Below, piece by piece: positions 1-14,800 of a stretch of DNA of 64,000 nt (within the stretch, counting starts at the first letter, position 1; each line of letters starts with the position of its first letter). The notes under the pieces were generated by a model. It worked only from the letters and a program-made list of their open reading frames with translations. It did no database searches and was not told where the DNA came from. Position numbers and translations under genes: made by a program. Source of the DNA: Takakia lepidozioides (lineage: Eukaryota > Plantae > Bryophyta); the NCBI GenBank assembly GCA_030704615.1, contig CM060731.1:1116001-1180000 (forward strand). The letters are read 5' to 3'.

Positions 1-146
1 CACATGGTTGTAGCAGGTGGGAGGTTGAGGATTCCGCTTTGCAGAATGGTCTCTATGCCGATTGTTCGACCACCGCTCAGTAACGTTTTTGCAGGGTAGC
101 TTAATCTCCATGCCCTAGCATGCAACACGCTCCATCCCCCAACTGA

Positions 147-196
147 CCCCCCACCCCCCCCCCCCCCCCCCCCCCACACCCCCCCCCCCCCCCCCC
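147..196. repeat. poly-C tract
   Basis: About 50 nt of nearly pure C, interrupted by a few A. Confidence 0.9.
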
Positions 197-410
197 AGAT
201 ATTGCGATCATTCATGGGTTGTCGAGGAGGAGGAGATTCATTGGCCCACCATAGCCACGGTAATTGATTTTATCTTTGACCATGTGATGTATGTTAGAGG
301 GCTGTCTGGGACTTAGACAGTTTTACGGGTTCTGTGAGGTACCCTTAATTTTTGCGCACACTTACGGATGGTAGACTTAGACCAACAGAGGCCTTAGGGG
401 TGACAGGCAG

Positions 411-616
411 GCTTACACACTCAGTCACAGTCTTACACAGTCATACACAGCCTATCACAGTCTATCACAACCGAACACAGCTTGTCACAGCCGGACACAA
501 CTTAACAGCCTATCACAGTCTATCAAAGCCAGTCACAGGCCGAAAACAGTCCGACACAGCCAGTCACAGTTCGGCAAAGTCACAGCCCGACACAGCTTGG
601 CACAACCAGTCACAGC
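411..616. repeat. Degenerate ~10-bp tandem repeat (NNNNNCACAG)
   Basis: CACAG/CACAA recurs with ~10-bp period (tcagtcacag tcttacacag tcatacacag cctatcacag ...). Confidence 0.8.
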
Positions 617-1431
617 ATATATATGGAACGGTTATCATTGGTAGGGAACGACTGTGTGGGAATGACATCTGCAGAAGGAACGTGCTTATTTCTTGGGGGA
701 CAGTTAGTTAGTTAGGCGGTTAGAACAGCTTGCAGATAGATTAGGTAGAGCAGCAACACGGAGGAGACACTTCGATCGGAGAGGACACGGGTGGGCATCA
801 GGACTTGGCCTTGAGGGAGAAAGAACGATCTGGAGCTGAGGAAGGAAGAGCGCAGTGGAGGAGGAAACCCGATCTGTTGGTGCTTGATTCATGCAAGCTG
901 TAGAGATATACTGTAGAACAGATTGGGACATGGCTTCGCCTGGACGGCCTGATACTTGATAGAACTTAATCTGATACATATTCGATATACTCACACTGTG
1001 TAGAGAGACCGGAGTGAAGCTGTGGAATGAATGGATGAGTGATTGGAACCTGATAGATTGTTGAAGCAATCTGATGCTTAAATATAAACAGTAAGGTAAG
1101 TTGCTGACATGAAGGCAAGAAGGAATACAAACAGGAAACACTTTCATGATACACTAGCTGTAGGTCATGATTGATTGTTCTGAGCGGGCTGAGTGCTTAG
1201 AGATATCCAACTCTTCTATCTTGGAGTTCCCAACTCGGATAGCGAAGGGATGGGTGAGTAAAAGCCGCTCGACAATGTAGTCGTTGATAAAATGTCGGAC
1301 CAACCGACAACTGGCATACCTTCGGGGAAATCCCAACTGCGGGTATAGGTGCCATCCGCGGAAATGGGTACAGCTACTTTTGTAAAAATCCCTGAGGCAG
1401 CCTCCGCTCACGTGAGCACTACTCCCTCACG

Positions 1432-1835
1432 TTAGGCACACAATTTAAAGAAGCCCTAAATGATCCAGGATGCTTAGACCTCATTTACCAAGGACTCCTT
1501 AAATTCCTCGCCCTAAAATACAATGGCCTCTATTCATTGTCATCACTCCACCCACAGGCCTGCCTGCACTCCTCTACTGCATGCACGCTACTTCGATGCC
1601 AATGAAAAGTAACATACAAACCGACCAACCGGACTTCCCTAACACATCGTCACCTTTAGAACGTGCATGGCTCACAAGCCATTTTCTGACGAAGTTCAAA
1701 CTCTCCCACCCTAAACAAAAAATACCCATCCTTATTTTTTCAAAAGAACGTTGTGTTACCACCCTTACCCAACTCATCACCGCCACAGGTCGCCAACTCA
1801 TAAAACCAAGCGAATTTACCTCCCTTTACGCTATT
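1432..1835 (+). mobile_element. Fragment of the RLE-type non-LTR retrotransposon family seen at 44140-48007
   Basis: DNA and protein similarity to about 44300-44690 (IQTDQPDFPNTSSPLERAWLT vs IQTDLPDYPNTSSPLECAWLT; KQKIPIL..F..R..TTLTQL). Confidence 0.85.
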
Positions 1836-2789
1836 GCGTAGTAAGTAGGCAAGAGTCGTGAATAATTTGTGCAATAATTGGGGCTGATACGATAATTGGG
1901 GCAGTGGCCTGAGTTGTCTGAAGCCGTTTTATCTCATCAATTAGGCAGCAATGCATTATTTCAGCCCATGCTACTTCCTCTCTCAAGGCCTTCAAACTTC
2001 CTCAGTAAAGGATTTGCTAAGATGCTGTTGGTTATGTTTCATAGCAAACAGAACATTCAGTATCTAGCCTACCTCCCTCAGACCTGGATACTATGCATTT
2101 GTACATGTATACCCTTGAGTCTTGAAAAAGTTACTTTCCTGGAAAAGCTTCACAAAATTGCCAAGCTGCTCTGTGTTCATCCACGCTCACTTCACCAGCT
2201 GGTAATTCAAAGAGTTCCTGCAAATACTGTGGGGGTGATTTTGTTGTCAACCCCCTTCACCTGTGGAACTTCTGTTTTCGGATCAAAGTTCTTAATGAAC
2301 TGAATCATCAATTCCCCGTGGTGCCAAGACCAATCATTACGTGCAGTAGACTCTCGAACCTCAACTCCTTCAAGAGTTGTTGTGTCTGTGGTGTGGCAAT
2401 AGTTTGTTTTTGAAGTATTAGAGTACTCTTCACCCGCAGGTCACATATCCTTGTCTCTCTTCATTCCTGGCAAACACGGAGGTCGTTTTTTAAACAGCTG
2501 CAGAAAACTTTGTAATGCGTACAACATGAACGTATGGTTTGTGCACAAAGGAACTGGTAAGTGTGTGTAAGCCCGCGGTGCCTGCAAACAATGTACGAAA
2601 GAGAAGGTCTGCTGCTCTTGTCCTTCATTGTGCCACTACGTAAGGAATATAGCTAGCGTGTAATCCGTAACGCCTGTCATAGCTGTTGGGCTATAGCCTT
2701 CAATGTATCCCCTTTCTTGGCAGTGGTTATCGGCGATAACACCGACTCGTCCGCGCCAAAAACCCTCTGATTTCTTGATCTTGTTCTAA

Positions 2790-3616
2790 CCTTAAGTTCC
2801 AAGCCTTTTTTGTACTTTTTACAATTTTTGGGTACCCAGCTGCAATAATTGCCCCTAGAAAGAAACCTCCAAAAATCATCCAGAGATTCCAGCCTTTATA
2901 GCAATGGGCCCAAATCATTTATGCAGACATACCATAAAAGGAGCCAAGTCCACCGTGGAAATTGTGAGATATAGCGTGGCCCGGACCTCAAATATCAGGT
3001 CCCAAAGACAAAGTGAGAAAGAAATTGGTTTGACCACATAAAAAACTAGCTTTATCAATTTTGCTTGCCCCAAGACGCACCATTTCCAAATCAATGGTTG
3101 TGGAGTAGGGCTATGACCCCCACTAAAGTGCAGGTCCAACTGATTTTTCACCAATGGTTGTTGCATTGCAAATTGACATGGGGGTTGAAATCTCAAAATT
3201 GACAAGAGAAAATGTGCCTCCAAATGAAGTACTTTTTTTTCTACAAAATTTTTAAAAGCCAATGGTGGATGTGTGTATGTAATACTCACACACCACAATG
3301 TGAAGTGTTTTTTCCTAAATTGCTAATTTTATGCCAAAAAAGGGCTTTGGAGTGCAATCTGTTTTGGGCTTGTTTACCTGCCATGTCAGCGGTCAACAAG
3401 CCCTTTTCAGGCCCCAAAACGTAAATGAGAGATCTAAGATATTTTTTGTAGGTCGTAGCTTTTGTTTTTTTTAATTTTGTTTTTTTGCATCATACTCGAG
3501 ACAAATCCCTTGTCATTAAAGCTTCAGGAGTGGGCCCCATCAAATTAGATCTGCAAAAATTAGGTCGAACTGCAAATTCAAAGTGACCCGATTCAGGTCG
3601 CTTGGGAACTTAAGGG
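2790..3616. mobile_element. Possible non-autonomous piggyBac-like element (MITE)
   Basis: Left end CTAA|CCTTAAGTTCCAAGC; reverse complement of right end TTAA|CCCTTAAGTTCCCAAGC. AT-rich interior with no credible ORF. Confidence 0.45.
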
Positions 3617-4262
3617 TTAAGTGGAGTTACATTTACAGTTCCCTCATCGTTGATTAGTCGTATTGGTCGTTAGGTAATTTTCCATAATTACCTTGTTCAT
3701 TTCACACACTTCTTTTGTATGACCCACATATCTACATATTCGACAAAGGTTACCCTTTGTTGGACGGGTAAGGCTTTTCTTTTCCTGTCCTCCTTGGTCA
3801 GTTAATTGCACCCGATTAATTTCAGTGGAAGTACGGGGCGGGTACTTCGGCGGCTCTGTTCATCGTTTTGTGTAATGGCGCTCACCATTGCAGTACAAGC
3901 AATGCGGAGAACCCTTCTGCTTAGGCCACGTGTTTGAGTTCAAACACCCTTCTATCACTGTCTGGCCGCGTGGCAAATTTTTCGAGAATACTTTCTTAAC
4001 TGTTTCTTGACTTTTTGATCCCTTCGTCGTTGTCAACACGTGACCACCTGTCACCGTCCCTATGGCCTGTGCAGCCTGTGTGGCCTGTGCTGGCTCATGC
4101 TGGCTGTGAGAACCCTTGTGTTTTCTCATATGACCATGCACATGAGGCGTTATGGCATGCACTTCATGATCCGTGGCGGTGCTGGTGTAGTCTGTGGCTC
4201 CTTCTCTGCTTCGAAATCCAAATCATGTTGTAATGGTCTATCATGGATACCACTGTACCCCT

Positions 4263-6787
4263 TCAGTTTGTTGGCATTAACTCTACCAAGCATCTCCATG
4301 TTAATGGTCTACAACATTGCTGTGTTGTTATCATACATCTTTTGTATGACATAAGGTCCTTTCCATGGGGACTTAAGCTTAGAAGCCTTAATTTTCCCTT
4401 TCTTCTGCAACCACAATACCAAGCCTCATGTTTTAAAGGTTTTGAGTTTGCCTTCATCAAACCGATCTTTCTTTTTCATCTGTATTCTGGTCATGTTATC
4501 AGCTGCATTGGCACGAACTTCCTCTACAAGATATAATTCATGTCTTCTCACTTTAATTGAATCTTCCAAATCCATTCTCCTTCCCCATTCAGTTCTCATG
4601 GTGGGTAGCAAGAATTCCACAGGAAGTAGAGCTTCCATGCCATAGACTACTTGAAATGGTGTATGCTTTGTAGTGACTTTATAGGAAGTCCTATAAGACC
4701 ACAAAGCTGTCAGCAGCTTTGTATCCCAATCCGTTCTATCTTAGCAAGAATAGTGCACAATATCTTGTTGGTGGTCTCTGCTTGCCAATTACCCTGTGGG
4801 TAATAAGCCTGTGCTCTTCCTGTGCACAATCATCAATTCCTCGGTCAGTAGTTCAATGGTCTCATTGATGAAATGACTCCCCTGATCACTGATGAACTCT
4901 AAGGGATAGCCAAATCTCGTGATTATGTTCTCATAAAGAAATGTAGCTGTGGATTTTGCTGTGTTATCCCGCAGTGCTTTGGCTTCTACCCACTTAGTAG
5001 TATAATCAGTAGCTGTGACTATATACTTGTTCTGTCTTGCAGGTGGGTTGATTGGGCCAACAAAATCCAATCCCCATTTCTGGAATGGTTCAGTAGGCAT
5101 TGTAGGATGTAAAGCCATCTACCAGTATCCTACAAAGTAATATCTTTCTACTGGTAGTCTCCTCTCCAAAGTGTCCTCCAGCCACTCCTTTATGAGTTTC
5201 TTCCAAAACCTTATTGACTAAATGTTGGTACAGACATTTCTTCAGTATTCCATCAGGTCCTAGCTTTCCTCTTATCATAGTGTATGGTAAAGCCTTGATG
5301 GCTATTCTCTTTCTCTGCTCCTTCCCATAACTAGGTGGGCACTGTCCATGAGTCAAATAGTATCTGATTGGCCACTGCCAATCTAACCAATCATCAGCCC
5401 CAACTTCTACTGCAAATAGACTAGCATTGGGTAGTTGATCGTCCACCCCTGTGGCGGGTTCTCCTGTTGCGAGGCATGACAAGTGATCTACCACAAGATG
5501 CAACCGTCCAGGTTTGTAAAAAACTTCAAATTCAAACTCATGCAGTATAATTAGCCATCTTGTTATCCTTCCACTTATCAAAGGCTTGTTCACCAAATAA
5601 AGCCTGATGATCCACATAGAACATGAATTTCCTTCCAGCAAATAATGTCTGAACTTCTTGACTGAATAAATCATTGCCAAAGCCTCTCTTTTGGTGGTGC
5701 TATAGTTCCTTTCAGCACTGTTCAATAATCTGCTAGCATAGTATACAGGTGAATCTATGTTTCCTGTGACGTTTTGAGCTAACACAGCTCCCAATGCTTC
5801 TCCTGAGGCATCACAATGTACATGAAATACCATATGCCAATGGGGGTTAATCAGCACAGGTGTAGTTGTTACTGACAATGTAAGATCCTCAAAGGCTTGT
5901 TGGCATTCAGCTGTCCATGCATACACTGCATCCTTCTTCAAGAGCTTGCTCAATGGTGCAGCCTTCTGTGCATATCATCTGACAAAGCTTCTATAATAAT
6001 TGGTTTGTCCAAGGAATCTCCTTAGAGCCTTAACATTAGCTGGTGGTGGAGATGGTTTGATAGCCTCTGTCTTTTTAGGGTCCACAAGCAGTCCCTTCTG
6101 ACACACAATGTGTCCCAGAAGAACTCCTGACACAAAAAGTGCACTTTTCTGGATTCAACCCAAGGCCTCTCATCCTGCATCTAGCTAAGCATAATTCTAA
6201 CTTCTGCAAGTGCTCATTCTTAGAGTTGTAAACACTGAAATCATCTAAGAACACTTGCATGAAGTCATCCAAATACTCATGGAAAGATTCACTGATTACT
6301 CTTTGGAAGGTTGCTGGTGCATTACAAGTCCAAAATGCATGACTTTGTAAGCATAAGCACCCCAATCAGTAATGAAAGCAGTCTTTCCTTGATCCTCTTC
6401 AGCTACTTGTACTTGATTATACCCACTAAAGCCATCCATGAATGAGGACATCTCATGGCCTTCTACAGTATCTAGCACAGCTTCTGTGAATGGCAAAGGA
6501 AATGGATCTTTCTTTGTGCAATCATTCAGTTTCTTGTAATTAACACAGACTCTCAGTTTGCCATTTTTCTTTGGAACTATCACAATGGGTGATAGTGTGT
6601 ACTCTATTGGGTATATGAACTTAGCCTCAGCCAACTTCTTTATCTCTTCCCCAACCTTATGTGCATAGTTGGGATTCATCCTGTACCTTGCCTGTTTAAT
6701 TGGTACTGAACTTGGTTCCAACTCAATCTTGTGTTGGCAAATCCCAAGGGGTATCCCCTTCAAATCTTCATAGCTCCAAGCAAATAC
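4263..6787 (-). pseudogene. Ty3/Gypsy pol, 3' part (RT, RNase H, integrase), frameshifted
   Basis: RT motifs SPIVIVPKKNGKLRVCV, MDGFSGYNQ, FLDDFSV. RNase H HCDASGEALGAVL...AERNYSTTKREALA. Integrase [13 protein letters not shown]...DYTTKWVEA...ISDQGSHF, then WSYRTSYK. Split over several frames. Confidence 0.95.
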
Positions 6788-6990
6788 CAACGACGCAATG
6801 GCGTGAGCGTTGCACGTGAGCGCGCGAGCGTACGCTCACGCAGGAGTGACGTGGCGTGAGCGTACGCTCACGCCAGCTGACGTGGCGTGAGCCTGCACAC
6901 ATGCTGACGTGGCGTGAGCGTCATGTCAGCATGCTGATGTGGCGGTAAATGATGACGTGGCACTGTCCGTCAACTGCCACGTCAGCATTA
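6788..6990. repeat. Left TIR and subterminal repeats of element A (GCGTGAGC, TGACGTGGC)
   Basis: Several GCGTGAGC/GCTCACGC and TGACGTGGC copies; the same motifs occur at 18030-18132. Confidence 0.85.
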
Positions 6991-7437
6991 ACATGCGCCG
7001 CCTATAACCGTGGATGGTCCTATGACCGTGGAATTAATGCAGGGAATCTTGCCTAAATAGAATCAAGACGAGCGTTGAGGCCTACAATTGCAGCATCCAA
7101 CATTGTGCAATTACAAATGTTTGTTTCACTTTTACAATTACGAAGACGACAAAATATCCTCACAAAGTGTGCGCCATAAAGGCTGCCACGAGAAGACTTC
7201 CTCCCTCCTCAAATAACAATGAGAGTTATGATCATCTTCAAAAGATGATTGTAGTGCATAGCGACAGCAAGACATGTAGACTTCGAACGGTGCAATGACA
7301 AATGTGCACTACCTAAAAGTTGTCACTCAGACCTCACTCCGTATAGTTGGAGGCCATATCATTGCACAGCCGACGAATTGATGTGAATTACACATTTCAA
7401 ATCATGGTCATCCACATACCACATTACATAGTTCATG

Positions 7438-10400
7438 CTACCCATGTGTTGTATCCCGCTGCAAAAGAGTATCGACCTCGTTGAAACTCATAGTGGCCTG
7501 GTGAATGAAGTTGTCACGTTTGGGATCGCAAACCATCCTCCTCAAAAATATGAAATACAAATGTTTGCAGGGTATGAATTTACCTCTCTTGCCCAAACTG
7601 GTTGATAGCATATTCACAAAATCAGGACATGTGCAATTGGGGAAATTGGAAACCGTGATGTCGTAGGTCCTGTCATGAACAGCAGATGTGGAAGTGATGA
7701 TTGTGAATACCCGACCATATCCTGGATCGGGTACTTCCGTGGTGCTTCCGACACGAGCTTGGAGCATTCTTGCGGACTCCACTTTGCCAAAGTGTTCAGC
7801 GGTTGGAGGGAAACGCCGAACGAGCTTTCCATCTCGTTTGGTTGGCCACAAGTCAGGATTTGCCGGGGGGACCCGGGAGGACGCAGGAGTAGTAGCACAT
7901 GCATGGAGTTGGGGTTGTCTCGCAAGGGAAAAACCTGCCTCCTCCAGCATTTCAATCTCCTGAAAGCTGAGATGTGTTCCCACCTTCACGGGCCAAACGG
8001 TTGGAGGAGATGGCTTCATCACTACGGAAGGACGCACAGTTCCATGCACACATCTGGCACAATCATCTGCGCAGAACCAGAACTTGTGGTTCTTGGCTTC
8101 TGGTTGACCGTATGGACGCATCAAGCCCGTGAAAGTCGGAGCAGGAGTTCGGGCACCACCTCTGGATATAGATGAAGTGCACTTCTCGAAATTAGTTGCC
8201 CTGATCGCTGTACATTTCACACGAGACCCGACACTTGTGCGTTCTATGTGCCAAACGTGGTCGGGGCATGCGGACTCAAGCACATCAAGGGGGTTGTTTC
8301 TCTCCTGCACCATTTCAGTGGCACGGTTTGATGCTGGAGCTTGCCGTCGTGTTGGAGGTTCCTCCACAATGGAGGTTCCGGACACGGAGCTGTCATGCAG
8401 GGGAACACGAGGCTTCGAGAAGTTATCACGGTCTGCCCTGTGGGAATCTGAATCCGAACCAGGTGGAGTGTTCAATTTCCTCTTACAGGAGCCGAATCTC
8501 TCCTCCCCTTCAAGATGTGGAACTCTAGAAACAAGTGGCGTTCCCTGGGCATACATGCTCACCGCCCGTGCTATCTTGATTGGATCCCCAGATCTGTTTG
8601 CAGCACGCAACATCAACTCCGATTTGTCCGGACCCTTGCCACCAACCCCACCTCGTAAGAAATCACGGTATCGGGTTTGTTGTTGCAAGGCACGTATCAA
8701 ATCATCTGTTGTTGCCACATACAAATCCCGACCTCGTTTCCCAGACTGCTGCAACCATGCATTGTGCACAGTTTCTGCCAAATTGCAAGATGGCATGTCT
8801 GCCATTTCCTCAATGGACATGTTCTGCAAAGAGGATAACCACACTTCAGAATAGTGCACAGGAAACAACATAAAGAAAGCAATGAGTCAAAAATATGGAA
8901 AGCAAATGTATGAATAAAGCATGAAATAGAAGCCTCGTACCATTGTCATGGCTGCTCCCCACTGTCTATACCGGAAGTGCCAAAACGCCAGCCAATCTTC
9001 CAATGCTCTCATACTCTCAAGTGATGCAGCTCCAGAAGAGAACCACCAGGCACGAATTGTCTGGAACAAAGTGTCCGCCTCCTTCATTGTTCTAGCATCT
9101 TTGTACTCTTTGCACAATTTACGGTGCTGAGTCTGCATCTCTGGTTTGATGTCCGACTTTGTATGTTTTTCCAGAGATTGTGTCCAATGGAATAGACATG
9201 TACGCTCTCTTCCTGGCATAGGCACTTTTGGGTCGCCCGATCCGAAGACAATACGAATAGCATTGAAATTTGCTTGAGCACTATCCGCCATGAAACCTGC
9301 GAAATTTGGAGATGGCAGCCCATGGCAGCCCATGACACGTATCAGGGAATTCCACATGAGCTTCTGGGATTCCGTATCCTCGGATTGCATGTCACAAACT
9401 GCAATTGTCATAACTCGTTGGTACACTGGATCGTAGACATGACAAGCCATTGTCGTCCAATCCTTCACTCGTTTCACATGATCAAACATAAGAAAACAGT
9501 TCTGCAAGTCCCCAGTCTTCTGCATCCGCTTCACGAGGCTAACCCCACTGCCCTCCCCAACAGTCGACATTTTGAAAAGAAAAACTTTGATGGCACCTTG
9601 ACCTGGGAATACATTGTCCTGGATGTAATCGTACTTGCTCAGTCGTTTCAATTCCAAAATATTGTCTATGTAGCCTCTGATCCCAGAGCCCATTCTCAAT
9701 GCATTGATCTGATGCCGAATGTTAGGTGAACTTAAAGTGGAGAAATGATCCATGACCAGGTCCAATGCTGCACCGTCAAGTTTAGTCCCCACAGAATCTC
9801 CTTCACTCAAAATATGGCTTTCCAAGAAGGACTTGCTTGCGCCAAGAGCAATTGCAGATGTTGTTGCGGATGGGTTTCTCCCGAACTCCTGTTTGATCAA
9901 CCTCGATACTGTCTCAACACTCTCCCTGTAATCCCCCTTCGAGACAGGATGGTTATGGAATCCAAAATGCACACAAGCTCTCGTCATTGTATTCAAACGG
10001 TGGACAACATAGTACATTCTTGCTCCGCAGAGCGCCAAGCAGGATGGCACAAGTTTGCAGAATTTGCAGACGAAAGTGTTTGCCGGTGGAGGGGCAGTCC
10101 CAGGCTGAAATGGATTCTCCGCCAGACCCTCCCATTCGCTTTGATTATGAACTCCAGACTGAAGAAAGTGTCTGCAATTCAAATTATCACACCTAAGGTG
10201 TCCATTGCAAACTGTCCTCCTGAAAACAAGCTTGTCATCATTCTGAATATTGGATGTTTTTGTTCTGCACCACGGGTGCCCGTCGTGTTTCTTGTCCATT
10301 CCATGCATCATGATTGTTACACCTCCAACTCGCGGAGGAGGAGGCAGCTCGAATAGGATATCGCCATCAAAAGTCTCCGGCAAGAACTTCACAGGCACCT

Positions 10401-10953
10401 GCTTCAAAGATTCCCAATCAATTCCCCGCAACTCACTTTTGAATCCAGCCATTCCTCCCATCGCCCGCAATTTTGGAATGACACTACAAATCTCTTCTTC
10501 ATCAGCTTCTGCAACCACAGTAGGAAGGACTGGATTTGGAATTTCACTTATGTCATCATCGGAAGAATCCGAAAGCTCAACGATTGGAGTGGAGGAAGTC
10601 TGTTCTTTTTTCACCACCACCTCCCTCTTGTCTTCAACGACCGAAGCAGCAGTCCCGGGCGTCACATATGACCCAAGGGACTTTCGCCGAGGCTCTCCAA
10701 GTACTCTGTATCGACCAGGACGCACTCTCCACTGGCTGATATGAGCCGTCTCATCACGGTTTTGGAAAGAATATTTCACCAACTTCCCTTTCAGATCGTA
10801 AACCTCTTTCTCCAAAAAGATGGAGCCATTCTGCAGCTGAAAACGGGTAGCCAAGACATGTTCCAGAACAATTGCAAATCCATTGTCAAGGACTTCCTGG
10901 GAGAACGGCACTGGTTTGTCGTCTGAGAAGAACTCCGCTTCAGAGGAAGCCAT
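7438..10953 (-). CDS. Mutator-family transposase (WRKY/GCM-like Zn finger, DDE core, C-terminal SWIM); 2 exons, intron 8824-8940
   Basis: KHDGHPW...C..C...HFGFHNHP N-terminal finger. FLMFD (D1), FMADSAQANFNAIRIVF...CLFH (D2 and CxxH), CNLAETVH (E). SWIM CTCPDF...PCKHLY. A GT..AG intron joins the ORFs in frame (AAMTM|NMSIEE). Confidence 0.92.
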
Positions 10954-11808
10954 CTTCCTTCCTCGAGTATGTTTGTACCTTGCTATCGCAGATCTAGTGT
11001 AAATCGGTTTACTGCTGTCTCCAGAACACAGTTGAAGAATGAGCAGAGCATATGGCGGAGGAAGCTCAGATAACGACTGTGCATATTCTGTTATTCATTC
11101 CAGATATGCAGCCGTCCATTTTAATTACTTTTCTTGTGGGCCCAGTGGTCAGAGAATCCATAGGGGCAGTGTCGGCAACTGTTAAACCGTTAATCAGAAC
11201 CTCATCAATAAACCCAATAACAAAGCCGACTTCCTGGAAGCATGCCACAGGATCCGAGAATGGGATTGCAGATTAAGTAAATGTATCTATATACTACTAC
11301 CAATGATCATGCGCACCTGGAAAGTTCCAAATGTGCAACGAATGTGGGGTTTGGATAACAAGGATGACCGTGTATGATATTCCAAAATTTGTCATCAAAC
11401 TCTCGTTCATTTATATTTATTTGTTTAAGACTGCGCATCAATTTCTGGGATTCGCTGTTCTTTTTAAATATTGAACCAGTTATAATTTAGAACACGCCGT
11501 TTTGTTTTGGGCGGCACACGTCAGACATCCATAACTGAATACGAACAGCTGTACACCAATTGCTGGCATGTGCACTAATAACGAAACGACTATGTGTAAC
11601 GGTCACGCGGGAGGGAATCCGATGCTTCTAGAGACACGCAAGAACACAGGCAATCCCGCAAGAAATCGGGAGTCACTGCGTTTTTCTACTTTTCGCGCTT
11701 AGAGGGAGAGTGGTAGTCAAGCTGGAGAGGGTTCCTTCTAGAATACGAAAGAGAAGAAAGTCTCTTTATTTTACTTCCCTTAGAGAGAGACGCAGAGCAA
11801 GAGAGAAA

Positions 11809-14800
11809 ATGACGAGGCGTCGTTTGTTGGAGAACACAGGGCCAAGGCAGCAGGTGAACGCGGAGACTGATTCACAAGAGCAGACGGAGACTGAGGCAGC
11901 GGCTGCGACACAGTCGGCGATAAGAGTGCGCCAGCCTGTGGAGGCAGAGATGAATCGCAGGGACACTGAAGAAGGTGGAAGCACGCGGAACGCCGAACCT
12001 GAAGAAGGTCAAGAAACCCTTGCGCAGACAGAAACTCCAGCAGATGTGAGAGGGAAGAGGAAAGCTGCAGAAGGGGATCAAAGTTCAAAACCTAAGAAGG
12101 TGCCAGTAAGTTTTATCATATAGTCTATGTGATTGCCTTTCAAGGAGTCCTTCCTCTTCCATTCTTTAGCAGGAACTACTGAATCGCGAGCGTCGTTAAC
12201 GCCATTCGATTCTGCTCATGAGATTTATGTACCTATGTGTTTGAAGAGAGAGTCTGCACTTACTATTCTCCCTAAACTACACTGAATGTCGTTGCCGCCA
12301 ATCAGTTGCACATATATGTCATTACACAACACCGATCCGGCAGGTTGTTATCTTTTGTGATTGTCGTTAACGCCGTTCGCTATCGCTCTCACTTTTGTTT
12401 TGAATACGGCAGTCTCGGCTTTGCATGTGTAGATTGTGCTGAATTCTTTCACACCATTCATGGTGAGTTTCCTTGATACAGAGTGATTGTCGTTACCGCC
12501 ATTCACTATTTGCAAATCACTTAGTCAGAACTGAATGGCATCGTGCAGAAAACTGTGAGGTCGAAGCCTACAGGATCAGAGGGGAAAGGATCTGGAGATG
12601 GGGACGAGTCCGCAAAAAGCTCAGAGAATACAGATGAAGCAGATGAATCCGAAGTGCACTACCTTGACAAGGTGAAAGAACTCATGTCATTCCAGAAGGT
12701 AAACTCTCAGGAGGTTATAAGGGACATGCTCGTATCTGGAGGGCGTCTGGACATACCTCTGTGCCGGATGATATCAATGCCTGTTGTGCGTCCACCTCTT
12801 TCCCATGACATAACAAAATTGGAGAGTGATTTTGTGCATGGATATAGACTTGGTGCACAAGTTTTTTATGTGTCACTGACGGATATAAATGGGAAAAGCA
12901 CATTAGTTTCTCCAGAGATCAGTGATAACTGGGATGAGTGCTGGAAAGATGCCAATGAGGAGTTCGAGCTGGGCCTCATGATGGGAAAGAACACCCAGCA
13001 ATTTTGCAACCACATGTTCTACGTCTGGGACGGCAACCACCGATTGCTGGCATGGATGGGATACATTCAGAAACACCATTCGAAAGACAAAGACAAGCAT
13101 GTTGCTGTGGAGGCAATGGTTTTGGATCCAGGAAACGACATCGCTAGGCTTCTTACAGCTATGCACGACGTGAACAAGTAAGTCATCCAGGAGATTTGAT
13201 TCCCTCTGTAGTGTCTTGTTGATCCTCAAAAAACAGTGTTAAGGAATGCAATGTTTTCAATGTTTTTGCAGATCGACAGAGAAATCGCATGTGACAACAA
13301 GCTTGGTTCACACACTATTCCGAATTCAGAGGATTGGTCTGATGAAGCTGGATGATTTTCGGACAGTACTACCACCCAATATCATCAAGAAGTGCGAAAC
13401 AGGAAGAGCTGCAGGCACTTGGTATTCTTTGACACGAGAGGCGTTTCTGGAGTACATGTATGCGGTAAGCCCGAGTCTGTAATCTGTTTACTTTTCGAAT
13501 ACATGTTTAGAGTCCCTTCGGAGCTAATCACTACTTGAATGAATGCAGCAAGAACTGGCAGAGGCAGCTGAGAAGGGAAAATCCGAATATTACCGCACTA
13601 CACCAGAGGAACTAAGGACATCAAAGGGTGTGGAAGCTGCAATAAAGAAGGAGTTTGAGATGCGAAGAACCAAATTGATGTCAGCCTTCGGAAAGCAGCT
13701 TAGAATAGTAGATCCTGGACTTGGTCCTGAGTTCCTTCAGCAGATCAAAACACACTATGACAAGCATGTGCATCCGGAGATGCAGCAGGAGAAATTGCAC
13801 CGGCTGGCCATATCGATGGTCGACCCACAAACAAAAATAAGGTGGCTGGAGATATGGAACTCAGATCAAACAGTAAAGGACTTGAATCAGTTCCCAAAGA
13901 GCACCATACAGCCTGGCACAAAGGTGGAAGGAATCAGTGATTTGGTGTTTGATAACTGGCTCCACAAGGCTACATTTTGGAGTCAGGTGTGTATTCGAAC
14001 ATGCTGTTTCTTCTCTTCAAGTATGTGATGTGTTTCTTTTTTGCAATTCTGACAAATATACTATTTGCAGCTCGAAAAGCGCGCCGTCATTGTGCTGGAT
14101 CAGACTTTGAAGGACCTGAACATTGCGATTGTTTCCCCTCCCCAAATGTCATTGGAGGCATACATAAGGAAGTGGAGAGGTCTCACCTGGAGATACTGTT
14201 TTTTCCGGGAGTTCTCCAAAGATGGTAACATTTTACGGTCCAACGACTTTGACAGTCAGGTTGGAGGAGAGTGGGCCATGATGCGAGTTGTGTACAGGTG
14301 AAATGTCATACTTGAAACTCTACTGTTTTTTTGGGAAAAATTGTGGCTTCATATGGATTGCAATCTTAGATCCAGATTGAATGTCGTTGACGACATTCAC
14401 TTCTTTGTCTGAGTCATTCTTAAGCGAGTATATGAATTCACCTGGTTAGGATCTAAGGGTGCAATTATATTGTCCCTGATTAGAATTGATAATGTCCTTG
14501 AATGGCGTTGACGACATTCACATACGGAGTTGTTGTGTGGTCCTCAAGGTTATTTAAATTTTTGTAATGTCCATAGAGGTTACAATGAGGGTTGATCACT
14601 TCATTTTGCTGAATGTCAATGCAGACATTCAGTTGTTCTGCATTGTTTTTTCCTCTTGCGATGAATATGGAGGCTTGATAAGCTCTGTTTTAAGAAATCC
14701 AAAGTGAATGTCGTTGACGACATTCACAGCTGTGTCTGTATTATTCAAAAACGACAAATTCAATTTTCATGGATTGGGGAGCTAAGTAATTGGTTTCTTT

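Noticed and set aside
704-2700. Short ORFs in the first 2.7 kb, other than the LINE fragment
   Set aside because: No recognisable motifs or supportable gene structure.
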